Source of the DNA: Desulfatiglandales bacterium | GTDB taxonomy: Bacteria > Desulfobacterota > DSM-4660 > Desulfatiglandales > Desulfatiglandaceae | Assembly (NCBI GenBank): GCA_963666345.1 | Contig: OY762721.1 | Location: 288,001-352,000, forward strand | Length of the DNA stretch: 64,000 bases | Direction of reading: 5' to 3' | Translations under genes and position numbers: made by a program | Notes under the pieces: generated by a model | The model's input: only the letters and a program-made list of their open reading frames with translations | Database searches by the model: none | What the model was told of the DNA's origin: nothing | In this document: piece after piece, positions 10,501 through 19,810 of the stretch | How the letters are laid out: every line of letters starts with the position of its first letter | Numbering within the stretch: the stretch's first letter is position 1

Positions 10501-10607
10501 GCGGCATATGTGCTGCGGAATGTCCTGCAAAGGCAATAGAACTGAGATGGTACCGGGACGATCAGATTATGAGCAAACTGGACGCACTGTTCGAAGGAGT
10601 CATCTGA
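7581..10607 (+). CDS. hdrA: HdrA-like flavo-iron-sulfur protein, 1008 aa, selenocysteine at codon 63 (TGA 7767-7769)
   Basis: ORFs 7536..7769 and 8004..10607 are in one frame with only a single TGA between them. Readthrough gives LDKTFPTNDCAM-U-IISPKLVEVGRH...CTGCGEC, matching the HdrA DCxxC motif. SD GAGGTG before ATG 7581; SECIS-like hairpin downstream. Confidence 0.92.
7785..7802 (+). promoter_or_regulatory. Bacterial SECIS element (hdrA)
   Basis: CUGGUCG-AGGU-CGGCCGG: 7-bp stem including two G-U pairs, G-containing apical loop starting 22 nt after the UGA. Confidence 0.8.
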
Positions 10608-11038
10608 TGAAGGATAACGAACCGATAATAGTGGCATTCTGCTGCAATTTCTGAGGTTACACCGCCGCGGACCTGGCAGGTTCGATGCGCATTCATTACC
10701 CAGGCTCAATCAGGATAATAAGGGTTCCCTGTACCGGCAAGGTCGACCTGATCCATATACTGAGGGCCTTTGAAAAGGGTGCAGACGGTGTCTATGTGGT
10801 AGGCTGTCTGGAAGGAGACTGCCGCTTTGAAAACGGAAACCTGAGGGCGAAACTGAGGGTCAGGCAGGCGAAAAAGATCCTGGACAGCATAGGAATAGGC
10901 GGGGAACGGGTACAGATGTTCAATCTCTCATCAGGGGAAGGACCGAGGTTCGCGGAGATTGCAACTGAAATGACGCAGAAGGTGAAAGAGCTGGGTCCGA
11001 ATCCGGTCAAGAGGGTAAACACGGATAGGGCGGCGTAG
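10607..11038 (+). CDS. mvhD: MvhD-type [2Fe-2S] subunit, 143 aa, selenocysteine at codon 16 (TGA 10652-10654)
   Basis: ATG overlaps the hdrA stop (TGATG). MKDNEPIIVAFCCNF-U-GYTAADLAGSMR...RVPCTGKV...GCLEGDCRFENGN is the MvhD signature, and the TGA falls at a Cys position. Confidence 0.92.
10668..10684 (+). promoter_or_regulatory. Bacterial SECIS element (mvhD)
   Basis: CGGACCU-GGC-AGGUUCG: 7-bp stem, G-initiated loop starting 20 nt after the UGA. Confidence 0.75.
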
Positions 11039-11071
11039 GATTTACAATCCAAAAAAGCGAGGTAACCCTTC

Positions 11072-11740
11072 ATGATAGTCGCGGGAAAAAAGCCGATAGA
11101 GGAAATCATCGAGCAGGTGGAGCCATTCAGCTCAATCCTTGTGGCCGGATGCAACGAATGTGTGACAGTGTGTGAGGCCGGAGGGAAAAAGGAGGTGGGG
11201 GTGATCGCTTCCGCCCTCAGAATGTATTTCATGAACCAGGGCAAAGAGGTCAAAATTGATGAGATAACCTTTGAGCGCCAATGTGACCGTGAATTCCTGG
11301 AAGAGCTGAGGGACCGTGCAGACAGGTATGACGCGATCCTGTCCCTTGCATGCGGTGCCGGAGTACAGTTCATGGCCGAGACATACCCTTCCCTGCCGGT
11401 ATTTCCGGGAGTAAACACCTCTTTCATCGGGGTGACGGAACAGAGGGGATTGTGGACCGAGCGCTGCCAGGGATGCGGAGACTGCATCCTGGGCCGGACA
11501 GCCGGGATCTGCCCTATATCCAGATGCGCCAAGAGGCTGCTCAACGGCCCGTGCGGCGGATCCACAAAAGGAAAATGCGAAATCAACAAGGAACTCGACT
11601 GTGCATGGCAGCTTATTATCGAAAGGCTCAAGGAACTGGGCCGGCTTGAGGATTATGAAAAGATAATTCCGATAAAGGACTGGTCCTGTGAAAGGGCGGG
11701 CGGTCCGAGAAAAGTCGTCAGGGAGGATGTAATACTATGA
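11072..11740 (+). CDS. metV: MTHFR small Fe-S/Zn subunit MetV
   Basis: GCNECVTVCEAGG, RQC, ACGAG, CQGCGDC...GICPISRCAKRLLNGPCGG...CAW; overlaps the metF start. Confidence 0.92.
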   Translation: MIVAGKKPIEEIIEQVEPFSSILVAGCNECVTVCEAGGKKEVGVIASALRMYFMNQGKEVKIDEITFERQCDREFLEELRDRADRYDAILSLACGAGVQFMAETYPSLPVFPGVNTSFIGVTEQRGLWTERCQGCGDCILGRTAGICPISRCAKRLLNGPCGGSTKGKCEINKELDCAWQLIIERLKELGRLEDYEKIIPIKDWSCERAGGPRKVVREDVIL

Positions 11741-12666
11741 GCGGCACACCCAGCAGACTTGAAAAGATTCTCACCCAAGGCCACCTCGCAGTCACCTCTG
11801 AATGCGGTCCGCCCAGGGGCAGCGATCCGGAGGCGATTACAAAAAAGGCGGATATGATAAAGGCCCATGTGGATGCGATAAACATCACGGATAATCAGAC
11901 CTCGGTGACAAGGCTCTGCAGTCTGGCAGCCTGCATTCATCTCAAGTTGAAGGGGGTTGAACCGGTCCTTCAGATGGTTACCCGCGACAGGAATCGAATA
12001 GCACTTCAAAGCGATATACTGGGGGCATCCTCTTTTGACATACACAACATATTATGCCTGTCGGGAGATCACCAGCAATTCGGGGACAACCCGAAAGCTC
12101 AGAACGTATTTGACCTTGATTCCATTCACCTGATCCAGACGGTAAAACAGATGAGAGATGAAGGAAAATTTTTGGGCGGAGACGACATCAACAGGCCACC
12201 TAAGATGTTCATAGGTGCCGCCGCCAATCCCTTTGCAGACCCTTTTGAAATAAGGGTCCCCAGGCTTGCCAAAAAGGTCGCAGCTGGCGTCGAGTTCATA
12301 CAGACCCAGTGTATCTACAACCTTGATCGCTTCGAGGAGTGGATGAAACAGGCAAGAGACAGGGGGCTTCACAAAAAGGTCTTCATACTGGCGGGACTCA
12401 CCCCCCTGAAGTCCGCCGGTATGGCCAAGTATATGAGAAACAGGGTGCCTGGCATGGATGTGCCGGAGGAGGTCGTAAAAAGGATGAGCGGCGTGCCGAA
12501 AGAAGAACAGGCCCGGGAAGGAATAAAGATATGCGTGGAGTCGATCCAAAGGCTGAAAGAGGTAGAGGGGGTGAGCGGCTTTCACATAATGGCCATAGAA
12601 TGGGAGGAGATGGTCCCGGAGATAGTTGAAAAAGGGGGGCTTTATCCGAGACCCGAGGCCGGATAA
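11737..12666 (+). CDS. metF: Methylenetetrahydrofolate reductase large subunit
   Basis: ECGPPRG, NITDNQ, RDRNRIALQSD, LSGDH, IQTQCIYN, FHIMAIEW. Confidence 0.95.
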   Translation: MSGTPSRLEKILTQGHLAVTSECGPPRGSDPEAITKKADMIKAHVDAINITDNQTSVTRLCSLAACIHLKLKGVEPVLQMVTRDRNRIALQSDILGASSFDIHNILCLSGDHQQFGDNPKAQNVFDLDSIHLIQTVKQMRDEGKFLGGDDINRPPKMFIGAAANPFADPFEIRVPRLAKKVAAGVEFIQTQCIYNLDRFEEWMKQARDRGLHKKVFILAGLTPLKSAGMAKYMRNRVPGMDVPEEVVKRMSGVPKEEQAREGIKICVESIQRLKEVEGVSGFHIMAIEWEEMVPEIVEKGGLYPRPEAG

Positions 12667-12827
12667 TATAGCAGGGGCCCTTTGGACCTCCTTGCTCTGA
12701 TTTTCTCACTCATTTTCAACAGTAAAAGTCAATTATTTAGCTGAATTTAGTTTTCAAAATTGTTATAATAAATTTTATGGGGTAAATCGTTGCAACTAGC
12801 TGATATTCATTTACAGGAGGTTACATT

Positions 12828-13208
12828 ATGTCCAGGAAATATATACTCGTAGTTGATGATGACCCTGATCTCGTTGAAACAGTTGCCATGATGCTGGAGA
12901 GTAAAGATTGTGAAGTAGGCCGCGCATATGACGGGGTTGAAGCCGAGCAATCTATAAAGGAGAGACGCCCCGACCTGATAGTCTTAGACGTAATGATGCC
13001 CAGAAAGGACGGTTATGTGCTCTGCTCGGAGTTAAAGGCGGATGAACAGACCAGGAATATCCCTATTGTGCTGTTGACCGCCGTGGGTGAGGCGGTCCCT
13101 ACGACCACCTATACACACGCGGACGGCATGTCCACGGAGGCCGACGATTACATCGCAAAACCTATTGATACTGAAGGCATGTGGGCCGTTGTAAGCAATC
13201 TGCTTTGA
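12828..13208 (+). CDS. Single-domain response regulator
   Basis: LVVDDD, VLDVMMP, LLTA, IAKPID; SD AGGAGG. Confidence 0.92.
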   Translation: MSRKYILVVDDDPDLVETVAMMLESKDCEVGRAYDGVEAEQSIKERRPDLIVLDVMMPRKDGYVLCSELKADEQTRNIPIVLLTAVGEAVPTTTYTHADGMSTEADDYIAKPIDTEGMWAVVSNLL

Positions 13209-13226
13209 TTAAATATCAGGCACCTG

Positions 13227-14240
13227 ATGACCCTCAATACAAGACTCGGCGGATTCAAGATCTTGAAACAGGTGGGCTGGATTTCGTTCAGGGCGTCTGC
13301 GGGACAAAAGGCTGCTGCTGCGAAATTCTCCCACCTCATGGCAAAAGAGAAAATAAACATTTCATTCCTTAACTGCGCTTACCGGGGGCATTGCTGGAAC
13401 CTGGACGCAGTGGTCGATGCTGCCCAGGCACGGTCTCTATCCGCCAAAGTGGAAAAAATAGTTGGGGTCGCGAATCAAAAAAGCAACAGGAGTTCGATCC
13501 TTTCCCTTTTTCCCCACAAAAGCAATCCCGAAATAACTGCGGAACTCATAAGACTGCTTGTCGACAAATCGATCCAACCCGCCTCAATCGCACAATCGAG
13601 TTCATCAATATCCGTGGTCGTCAAAGAGAGTTTAATTGAAACGGTTACTAAGGCCCTTTTCAGTTCCTTCGACTTCAGCACCTACAGGACACCGGAGGAC
13701 TGGAAACTGGCCCAAAAGGGAAAGGAGCGGCTATTTAAAGAGGTCGTTGCATCCTATCAGGAAAAAAAACCCAAGGTCTACAGCCTCGATCTGCATGAGA
13801 ATCAGGTCCTGTTCAGACTCGACCTTTACCGGGGTCGGGTTCATCAGTTCTGCCTTCTCCTGGAAAGGCTGGCACGGGAAGAAATCGGCATTCCCTTCTT
13901 TATATCAAGCCCTTTTGAGAAAAAGGAGGGCTGGAAGGTCTTTCTCTGCCTCCCGGGACCGGATCATAATTACCGGCGGATGTTCAAGGACATGTCCTGT
14001 CTGAATCAGATTACTTCAAGTGTGCCGGTATCGGTGTTTTCAATGACAGGACCTCATTTCGGTGACCGCTACGGCATAGCAAGTGAGATATTTCTATCCA
14101 TTGAGGATTCAGGTAGCGATCTGATGGGGCTGTGCTGCTCAATCGCCACGGTAACGGGCCTGCTACCCCAAAAACAGGTCCGGAAGGCGGCAGGCTCCCT
14201 TCAAAGACACTTTGATATCCCCGCGGTCGTTATAAAATAG
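13227..14240 (+). CDS. Tandem ACT-domain protein (aspartokinase regulatory-domain-like, no kinase domain)
   Basis: SIAQSSSSISVVV and VSVFSMTGPHFGDRYGIASEIF...CCSIATVTGLL...AAGSLQRHF resemble aspartokinase C-terminal ACT repeats. No KFGG motif. Confidence 0.6.
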   Translation: MTLNTRLGGFKILKQVGWISFRASAGQKAAAAKFSHLMAKEKINISFLNCAYRGHCWNLDAVVDAAQARSLSAKVEKIVGVANQKSNRSSILSLFPHKSNPEITAELIRLLVDKSIQPASIAQSSSSISVVVKESLIETVTKALFSSFDFSTYRTPEDWKLAQKGKERLFKEVVASYQEKKPKVYSLDLHENQVLFRLDLYRGRVHQFCLLLERLAREEIGIPFFISSPFEKKEGWKVFLCLPGPDHNYRRMFKDMSCLNQITSSVPVSVFSMTGPHFGDRYGIASEIFLSIEDSGSDLMGLCCSIATVTGLLPQKQVRKAAGSLQRHFDIPAVVIK

Positions 14241-14256
14241 TCCGGCCCCGGAAGGT

Positions 14257-15330
14257 TCATCCCCTTTCACCGTAATTTTTCTCCATCCATTTCAGATAAT
14301 CGCCTGATCGGATAGATTCAACCCACTCCATGTGGTCCAGGTACCAATCGACCGTTGCCTCCATGGCCGTCTTGAATTCGTTTTTCGGTCGCCAGGCAAG
14401 CTCTTCACTTATCTTTGAGGCATCTATGGCATAACGTTTATCATGCCCCGGTCTGTCCGCGACAAATCGAATCAGCCTCCTGCCGGAATGCTCCCCTGTC
14501 CTTCCAAGCCGTCTGTCCATTACGTCGCACAGGGTATGTACTATCTCAAGATTCGTTCTTTCTTCATTCCCTCCGATATTATAGGTCTGGCCGGGCTCTG
14601 CCAGCTCAAACACCCTGAGAAGCGCATCGCAGTGATCAACCACGTACAGCCAGTCTCTGACATTGCTGCCGTCCCCGTAAACCGGCAGAGGTTTTTCTTC
14701 CAGTATATTGAGTATCATCAAGGGGATCAGTTTTTCCGGGAACTGATAGGGACCATAGTTGTTGGAGCAATTGGTTATGACAGCCGGAAGGCCGTAGGTC
14801 CTGTTATAGGCCCGCACAAAATGATCTGATGCGGCCTTTGAGGCGGAATAAGGACTTGAGGGATCATAAGGGGTCTTTTCCGTGAAATAGCCGTCTTGAC
14901 CAAGACTTCCGTACACTTCGTCAGTCGATACATGGAGAAACCGGAAGCCTTCTCCCACCTTCCCGTTCTCCCAGGCCCTCCTGGACGATTCAAGCATGCG
15001 GAAGGTCCCGAGCACGTTCGTCTCTACAAACCGGTCAGGTTCATAAATAGACCTGTCAACGTGCGATTCCGCAGCAAGATGAACGACCCCGTCAAAGATT
15101 TCCTCCCGGAACAGGTGATCAAGCGGTTTTTCATCCCTTATATCGCCCCTGATCAGTCTGTGACGACTGGACAGTTCAGGCGAAAGGTCCTCAAAATTGG
15201 CCGGATTACCAGCATAGGTCAGGCAGTCAAAACTAACGATACTCCATTGTTTCTTCTGCTCGAGTACGTAACGGACGAAATTGGATCCTATAAAACCGGC
15301 GGCACCGGTGACAAGAAGTCTTTTCTGCAT
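14257..15330 (-). CDS. rfbB: dTDP-glucose 4,6-dehydratase
   Basis: VTGAAGFIGSNF, HLAAESHVDRSI, HVSTDEVYG, YSASK, NNYGPYQFPEKLIP. Confidence 0.97.
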   Translation of the reverse strand: MQKRLLVTGAAGFIGSNFVRYVLEQKKQWSIVSFDCLTYAGNPANFEDLSPELSSRHRLIRGDIRDEKPLDHLFREEIFDGVVHLAAESHVDRSIYEPDRFVETNVLGTFRMLESSRRAWENGKVGEGFRFLHVSTDEVYGSLGQDGYFTEKTPYDPSSPYSASKAASDHFVRAYNRTYGLPAVITNCSNNYGPYQFPEKLIPLMILNILEEKPLPVYGDGSNVRDWLYVVDHCDALLRVFELAEPGQTYNIGGNEERTNLEIVHTLCDVMDRRLGRTGEHSGRRLIRFVADRPGHDKRYAIDASKISEELAWRPKNEFKTAMEATVDWYLDHMEWVESIRSGDYLKWMEKNYGERG

Positions 15331-15403
15331 AATCTATTCCGATCATCTTAAAGTGTTATCATCTTTTGATTAATTTTCTCTTTCTGCGCCATTATCGTGT
15401 CTT

Positions 15404-15433
15404 ATCCCTGCCCATATAGATATGGGCAGGGAT
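15404..15433. repeat. Perfect 14-bp inverted repeat in the rfbB leader
   Basis: ATCCCTGCCCATAT-AG-ATATGGGCAGGGAT; a small IR CTTGAC-ATCG-GTCAAG follows at 15434-15449. Confidence 0.85.
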
Positions 15434-15537
15434 CTTGACATCGGTCAAGACGTTTGATATGAGGCAGAATTCATTCGGCTGAGGGCGGTATCTGACACTG
15501 TTGACCAATCACTGACATACTCGGTCTTTTCATGCTC

Positions 15538-15578
15538 TCCGCTCCCGCCGTTAGGCGGTCCCAGCGCCGGCAAGTAGG
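15538..15578 (-). promoter_or_regulatory. JUMPstart/ops-like element
   Basis: Minus strand reads CCTACTTGCCGGCGCTGGGACCGCCTAACGGCGGGAGCGGA. GGCGGGAGCG is one mismatch from ops GGCGGTAGCG and is preceded by a second half-site GCGCTGGGACCG. It lies upstream of a polysaccharide-precursor gene. Confidence 0.65.
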
Positions 15579-15677
15579 CAAGACCTACTGCAGCCTTATT
15601 ACCTCGTCTGCGTATCCATCGATTATCCGGTGAACCGTATCCATCTCATGCATCCGCCCTGCCCCCCGCGTTGTCTT

Positions 15678-16322
15678 TTATCCGTTGTTTTCCGCCAGGC
15701 CTGATAGTTCGGCTATCGATTTCATTATCCTTTCAAGAAAGAAATCAGGCGTCTCATCTTCATTCAGGTAAAGGGGCCTGCCGAAGTTTATTCTCACCGA
15801 TGTTCTCAACCATCCTTTGACATACCTCACACCCACGGGAATAAAGGGAGGTGCAATATGGGAAAGGATCAATCTTACCATTCCCACTTTTCCCGGCCCC
15901 ATGCACCTCTTGTAATAAGTACCTTCGGGAAAAAGGACGAGCCCCTCTCCCTCGGACAGGCAATTCAAAACCGCTTTAAGAAAACGTCTGGTCGCCAGAG
16001 GATTCTTTCTGTTGAGAGGTATTCCGCCAAGAGAGCTTATAAACCACATGGTAAAGGGATTTGAAAACAATTCATGTTTTGCGATATAATAGAGGGACCG
16101 GGGCGTGGCCAGACTCATCAATGGAATGTCTTCCCACCGCTGATGTTTGGGCAGCAGGACAAAGCCATCCCTTGTAGGCAGATTATCTATCCCCCTTATT
16201 TCCAGATGAAAGAAAAAAAAGAGGATCACCCTTCCGAGATATCTGGTGATGTTAAAAACCCGGCTACTTCTTTTTATCAGACCGGCGTTAAAGTTCTTTC
16301 TGGATGCTGACATAAGTTTCAT
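15678..16322 (-). CDS. 1-acyl-sn-glycerol-3-phosphate acyltransferase family (PlsC-like)
   Basis: HQRWED (HX4D), YIAKHELF, LFPEGT motifs. Confidence 0.88.
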   Translation of the reverse strand: MKLMSASRKNFNAGLIKRSSRVFNITRYLGRVILFFFFHLEIRGIDNLPTRDGFVLLPKHQRWEDIPLMSLATPRSLYYIAKHELFSNPFTMWFISSLGGIPLNRKNPLATRRFLKAVLNCLSEGEGLVLFPEGTYYKRCMGPGKVGMVRLILSHIAPPFIPVGVRYVKGWLRTSVRINFGRPLYLNEDETPDFFLERIMKSIAELSGLAENNG

Positions 16323-16563
16323 CCATAGATGGAATAGATACGGCTCTTGCCCCGATTCAGCAACCTAAAAGCGATTCAGGGACACCGGAGCGAATTTCCA
16401 CTTTTTCCCACCGGGGTTCACCCGGCATTTTGAATCCTGACGTGCTGCACGGCGCAAAAAGGAAATCCCGATTATCCGACCGCCCCGGAGATGCTCAATC
16501 CGTATTTATTTCATTATGCAAGACCCGACCCAGTAAGCCTGGTCGACAAAAACGGGCGCTGTC

Positions 16564-18390
16564 TTACTCCACTGTCACACTCTTTGCCAAATTTCTCGGC
16601 TTATCGATGTCCCTTCCCAGGAAACTTGCACAATAATAGGCAAGCAGCTGACATGGTATCACCGCCAGGATGGGATTCAAAAAATCGAGCGTGGCTGGTA
16701 TCTCTATAACGTCATCGGCTATATCCCTGATCTTATCATCCCCCTTGGTAACGATAGCGACAACAGGCCCTTTCCTGCTCTTTATCTCGTTTATGTTGCT
16801 TATCATCTTTTCGTACATGTCGTCCCTCGGCACGATCGCCACGGTAGGCATTTCAGGATTGATGAGTGCGATCGGACCATGTTTCATTTCGCCTGAAGCA
16901 TACCCTTCGGCATGTATGTATGATACCTCCTTGAGCTTCAGCGCTCCCTCGAGTGCAATCGGATAGTTGAATTTCCTGCCGATAAAGAGCCAGTTTCTCC
17001 GATTATAATATTTTTCCGCCACAGCCTCTATATGATTGGCCTGAGAAAGCACATCCCTCGCAAGCTCGGGAAGTTTCTGAAGAGACCTGATCGCCTCTAT
17101 CCCCTCTGTCAGAGAAAGGCTCTGATGTCTTCCAAGAAGCAGGGCCAGCAAGGTCAGAATAACGAGCTGCGATGTAAAGATCTTTGTGGAAGCCACACCG
17201 ATTTCTGGGCCGGCATGATTATAGATACCAGCCGCTGTCTCTCTTGAAATGGAGCTTCCGACCACATTGACTATACCCAGCAGACTCGCTCCTTTTCTTT
17301 TTGCCTCCCTTATGGCTGCAAGGGTATCAGCCGTTTCACCCGACTGGCTGAGAGCGATTATAAAGGTGTTGGGAGGAAAATTAAGTTTCCTGTATCGAAA
17401 CTCAGACGCCAGCTCGACCTCCACATCGATCTCCGTAAGCTTTTCAAACATACACCTGCCCACGCATCCGGCGTAATAGGAAGTCCCGCAGGCCACGATC
17501 ACGATATGTCTGCACTTCTTGAGCATATCCCAGGCAGGCTCTATCCCTCCAAGCCTCGGAACCCCCTCTCCCGGCTCCAATCTGCCTCTCATTGCGTTGT
17601 TTATCGTTTCAGGCTGTTCATATATCTCCTTGAGCATGAAATGGGGGAAACCGTTCAATTCCGCATCATCAGCCTTCCATTCCACTGTTTCGGCTATCCG
17701 CTGTATAGGTTTTGCCTGAGCCGTTGAGATTGAGAAATCATCCTTCGTAATATGGGCAATTTCGTTGTCCTGAAGGTGAACGACCTGATTCGTATGTCGC
17801 ACCATTGCGGACACGTCGGAAGCGGCGAGGTTACCCTCGGGGCTTATGCCCAGGATCAGGGGGCTTCCTCTCCTTGCCACTACGATCTCACCGGGAGCGT
17901 CGGCATGAAGAACGGCCATACCGAATGTCCCCTCCACCTGAGAAATCGCCTTTCTTACGGCCCCGCTCAAATCACCTTCGAAATTGAGGCCTATCAGATG
18001 TGCGAGGACCTCCGTGTCCGTGTCGGACGCAAACCGTATACCTTCTTTTGCAAGCCGTTTTTTTATGGACAGGTAGTTTTCAACGATTCCGTTATGTATG
18101 ACAAAAACCTTTTTATCAGAGTCAATCTGCGGGTGTGCGTTTTCCACCGTGGGCTCCCCGTGGGTTGCCCATCTGGTATGCGCTATACCAACCGTTCCTT
18201 TCATCTCGATACCGTTTATCTTGCCTTCCAGGGCGGATATCTTTCCGGTGGCCTTTTCACAAGCTATCCCTTCTTCTCCCTGTATGGCCAGTCCCGCCGA
18301 ATCGTATCCCCTGTATTCGAGCTGTTTCAATCCCTCTATAAGAATCGGTTTTGCCTGCTTGTAGCCTATGTAGCATACTATACCGCACAT
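16564..18390 (-). CDS. glmS: Glutamine-fructose-6-phosphate transaminase
   Basis: MCGIV N-terminus, EYRGYDSAG, HTRWATHG, SQSGETADT, C-terminal PRNLAKSVTVE. Confidence 0.98.
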   Translation of the reverse strand: MCGIVCYIGYKQAKPILIEGLKQLEYRGYDSAGLAIQGEEGIACEKATGKISALEGKINGIEMKGTVGIAHTRWATHGEPTVENAHPQIDSDKKVFVIHNGIVENYLSIKKRLAKEGIRFASDTDTEVLAHLIGLNFEGDLSGAVRKAISQVEGTFGMAVLHADAPGEIVVARRGSPLILGISPEGNLAASDVSAMVRHTNQVVHLQDNEIAHITKDDFSISTAQAKPIQRIAETVEWKADDAELNGFPHFMLKEIYEQPETINNAMRGRLEPGEGVPRLGGIEPAWDMLKKCRHIVIVACGTSYYAGCVGRCMFEKLTEIDVEVELASEFRYRKLNFPPNTFIIALSQSGETADTLAAIREAKRKGASLLGIVNVVGSSISRETAAGIYNHAGPEIGVASTKIFTSQLVILTLLALLLGRHQSLSLTEGIEAIRSLQKLPELARDVLSQANHIEAVAEKYYNRRNWLFIGRKFNYPIALEGALKLKEVSYIHAEGYASGEMKHGPIALINPEMPTVAIVPRDDMYEKMISNINEIKSRKGPVVAIVTKGDDKIRDIADDVIEIPATLDFLNPILAVIPCQLLAYYCASFLGRDIDKPRNLAKSVTVE

Positions 18391-18475
18391 AATTCATGCT
18401 CCTGTCCTGTTAAAAATCAAGTCTTTCCAGGATCCCAAATGAACCTGGTTATAAAACAAAGGGGTGCTCTCCGGG

Positions 18476-19810
18476 TCATGAAGCAAAATGGTAATGGATT
18501 ATCGCCCTTCCAAGTTCGTTCGCCCTTACTCCCAGTGTCTTTCCATGAACCCCCAGAACCGAGATACAGATACCGTCTTTTCCTTTCTCCGGGAGTGCAT
18601 AGGCGCTCAACCAGTCATACTTGTATCTGTCGTCCATATCGTTGATTGTTCCGGTTTTAGCGCCCAATTCAACCTTTCTGAACAATTTTTTTCTTAAAAG
18701 TCTCTTAAGGGACTTCCTGCACGTGCCGTAAATCACGGTGCCATTCATGAGGACCCTCATCTGAGCGGCGGTTTTTTCCTTCATTACCCTGCCAAGCGCT
18801 TTGGGGGAACCCCTGTAAACGGTATTGCCCGAGTCTTCACTGGCATCCTTAATGAACCATGGCCGCATCATCACACCCCGGTTAGCTACCGCCGAGGCCA
18901 AAAGCGCGGCATGAATAGGGCTTATCAATGTCTTCTTGTTAAATCCTGATGCAATCTCTGCGAGCCCGAATTCATCTTCCGGGACTGAAACGGTACTGAC
19001 ACCGATCTGAAGTTCAAAATCGATTGTCTTGTTAAATAAAAAGCGTTGCGCATAATCACCCATCAAGTCTTTTCCGAGATGGTAGGTCCCCAGTCTCCCG
19101 AATACCGGGTTAATGGATGAAGCAAACGCATTTCTGAGGCTCGTGGTTGTCGCATATCTTCCGGGGCTTTTTTTGAGCTGACTCTTATAAAGGGTATGCT
19201 TTCTGCCCGCATATGCGATCTTTTTTTCAGGAGTGAAACCGGCAGACTCAAGCGCTGCTGCGGCGGCAATGATCTTGAAAAGGCTGGCCGCCGGAAATTT
19301 CGACTGCAGGTATACGCCATTGCCCAGTCCTGTCTCGTCATAATCGGCCATTGCAAGGATCCGGCCGTCTTCCGGCCTTATGACGACCACTGCCGCTTTA
19401 TGAGTTTTGGATCGAGCCAAAAGGCCGTTTATGTAGTTCTGAAGCTTAGGATTTATTGTGGTCTCTAGATTTAGCTTTCTGCCCCCGATCCGGATTCCGA
19501 TCTTTTCCCATGGACCATGTCCTGCCAGCCCCGATTCTTTGAGCGCAGCTACTATGTGGGCGCGGGAAAGTTCCCCGGCAGAGTGTCTCCGGTCACTTTT
19601 TGGTTCATCTTTTATGGAAGGCTCTTCCTTCAGGTGACCTGAGATCCACAATCCGGAGATATAAAAAATGCAGAGAAGGATAAATCCTCCCGCGGAAACA
19701 AGCAGCAAAAACGGCAACCTCTTTAAGAGGTCTTTTTTCCTATCATTCCTCTTGATCCTTCTCTGGTAATCCCGCCAGCCGGCATATGAATGTATCTCTT
19801 TTCCTATCAT
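18476..19810 (-). CDS. Penicillin-binding protein, transpeptidase domain with N-terminal anchor
   Basis: One TM helix; SxxK (ASLFK), SxN (SIN) and KTG (AKTGT) motifs. Confidence 0.88.
   Translation of the reverse strand: MIGKEIHSYAGWRDYQRRIKRNDRKKDLLKRLPFLLLVSAGGFILLCIFYISGLWISGHLKEEPSIKDEPKSDRRHSAGELSRAHIVAALKESGLAGHGPWEKIGIRIGGRKLNLETTINPKLQNYINGLLARSKTHKAAVVVIRPEDGRILAMADYDETGLGNGVYLQSKFPAASLFKIIAAAAALESAGFTPEKKIAYAGRKHTLYKSQLKKSPGRYATTTSLRNAFASSINPVFGRLGTYHLGKDLMGDYAQRFLFNKTIDFELQIGVSTVSVPEDEFGLAEIASGFNKKTLISPIHAALLASAVANRGVMMRPWFIKDASEDSGNTVYRGSPKALGRVMKEKTAAQMRVLMNGTVIYGTCRKSLKRLLRKKLFRKVELGAKTGTINDMDDRYKYDWLSAYALPEKGKDGICISVLGVHGKTLGVRANELGRAIIHYHFAS

Noticed and set aside
10262..10654. 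130-aa ORF overlapping the hdrA 3' end
   Set aside because: Only its last 15 codons are real (the MvhD N-terminus); the rest is an alternative frame of hdrA.
18391..18475. glmS ribozyme
   Set aside because: Only 85 bp to the upstream gene and no recognisable ribozyme core.
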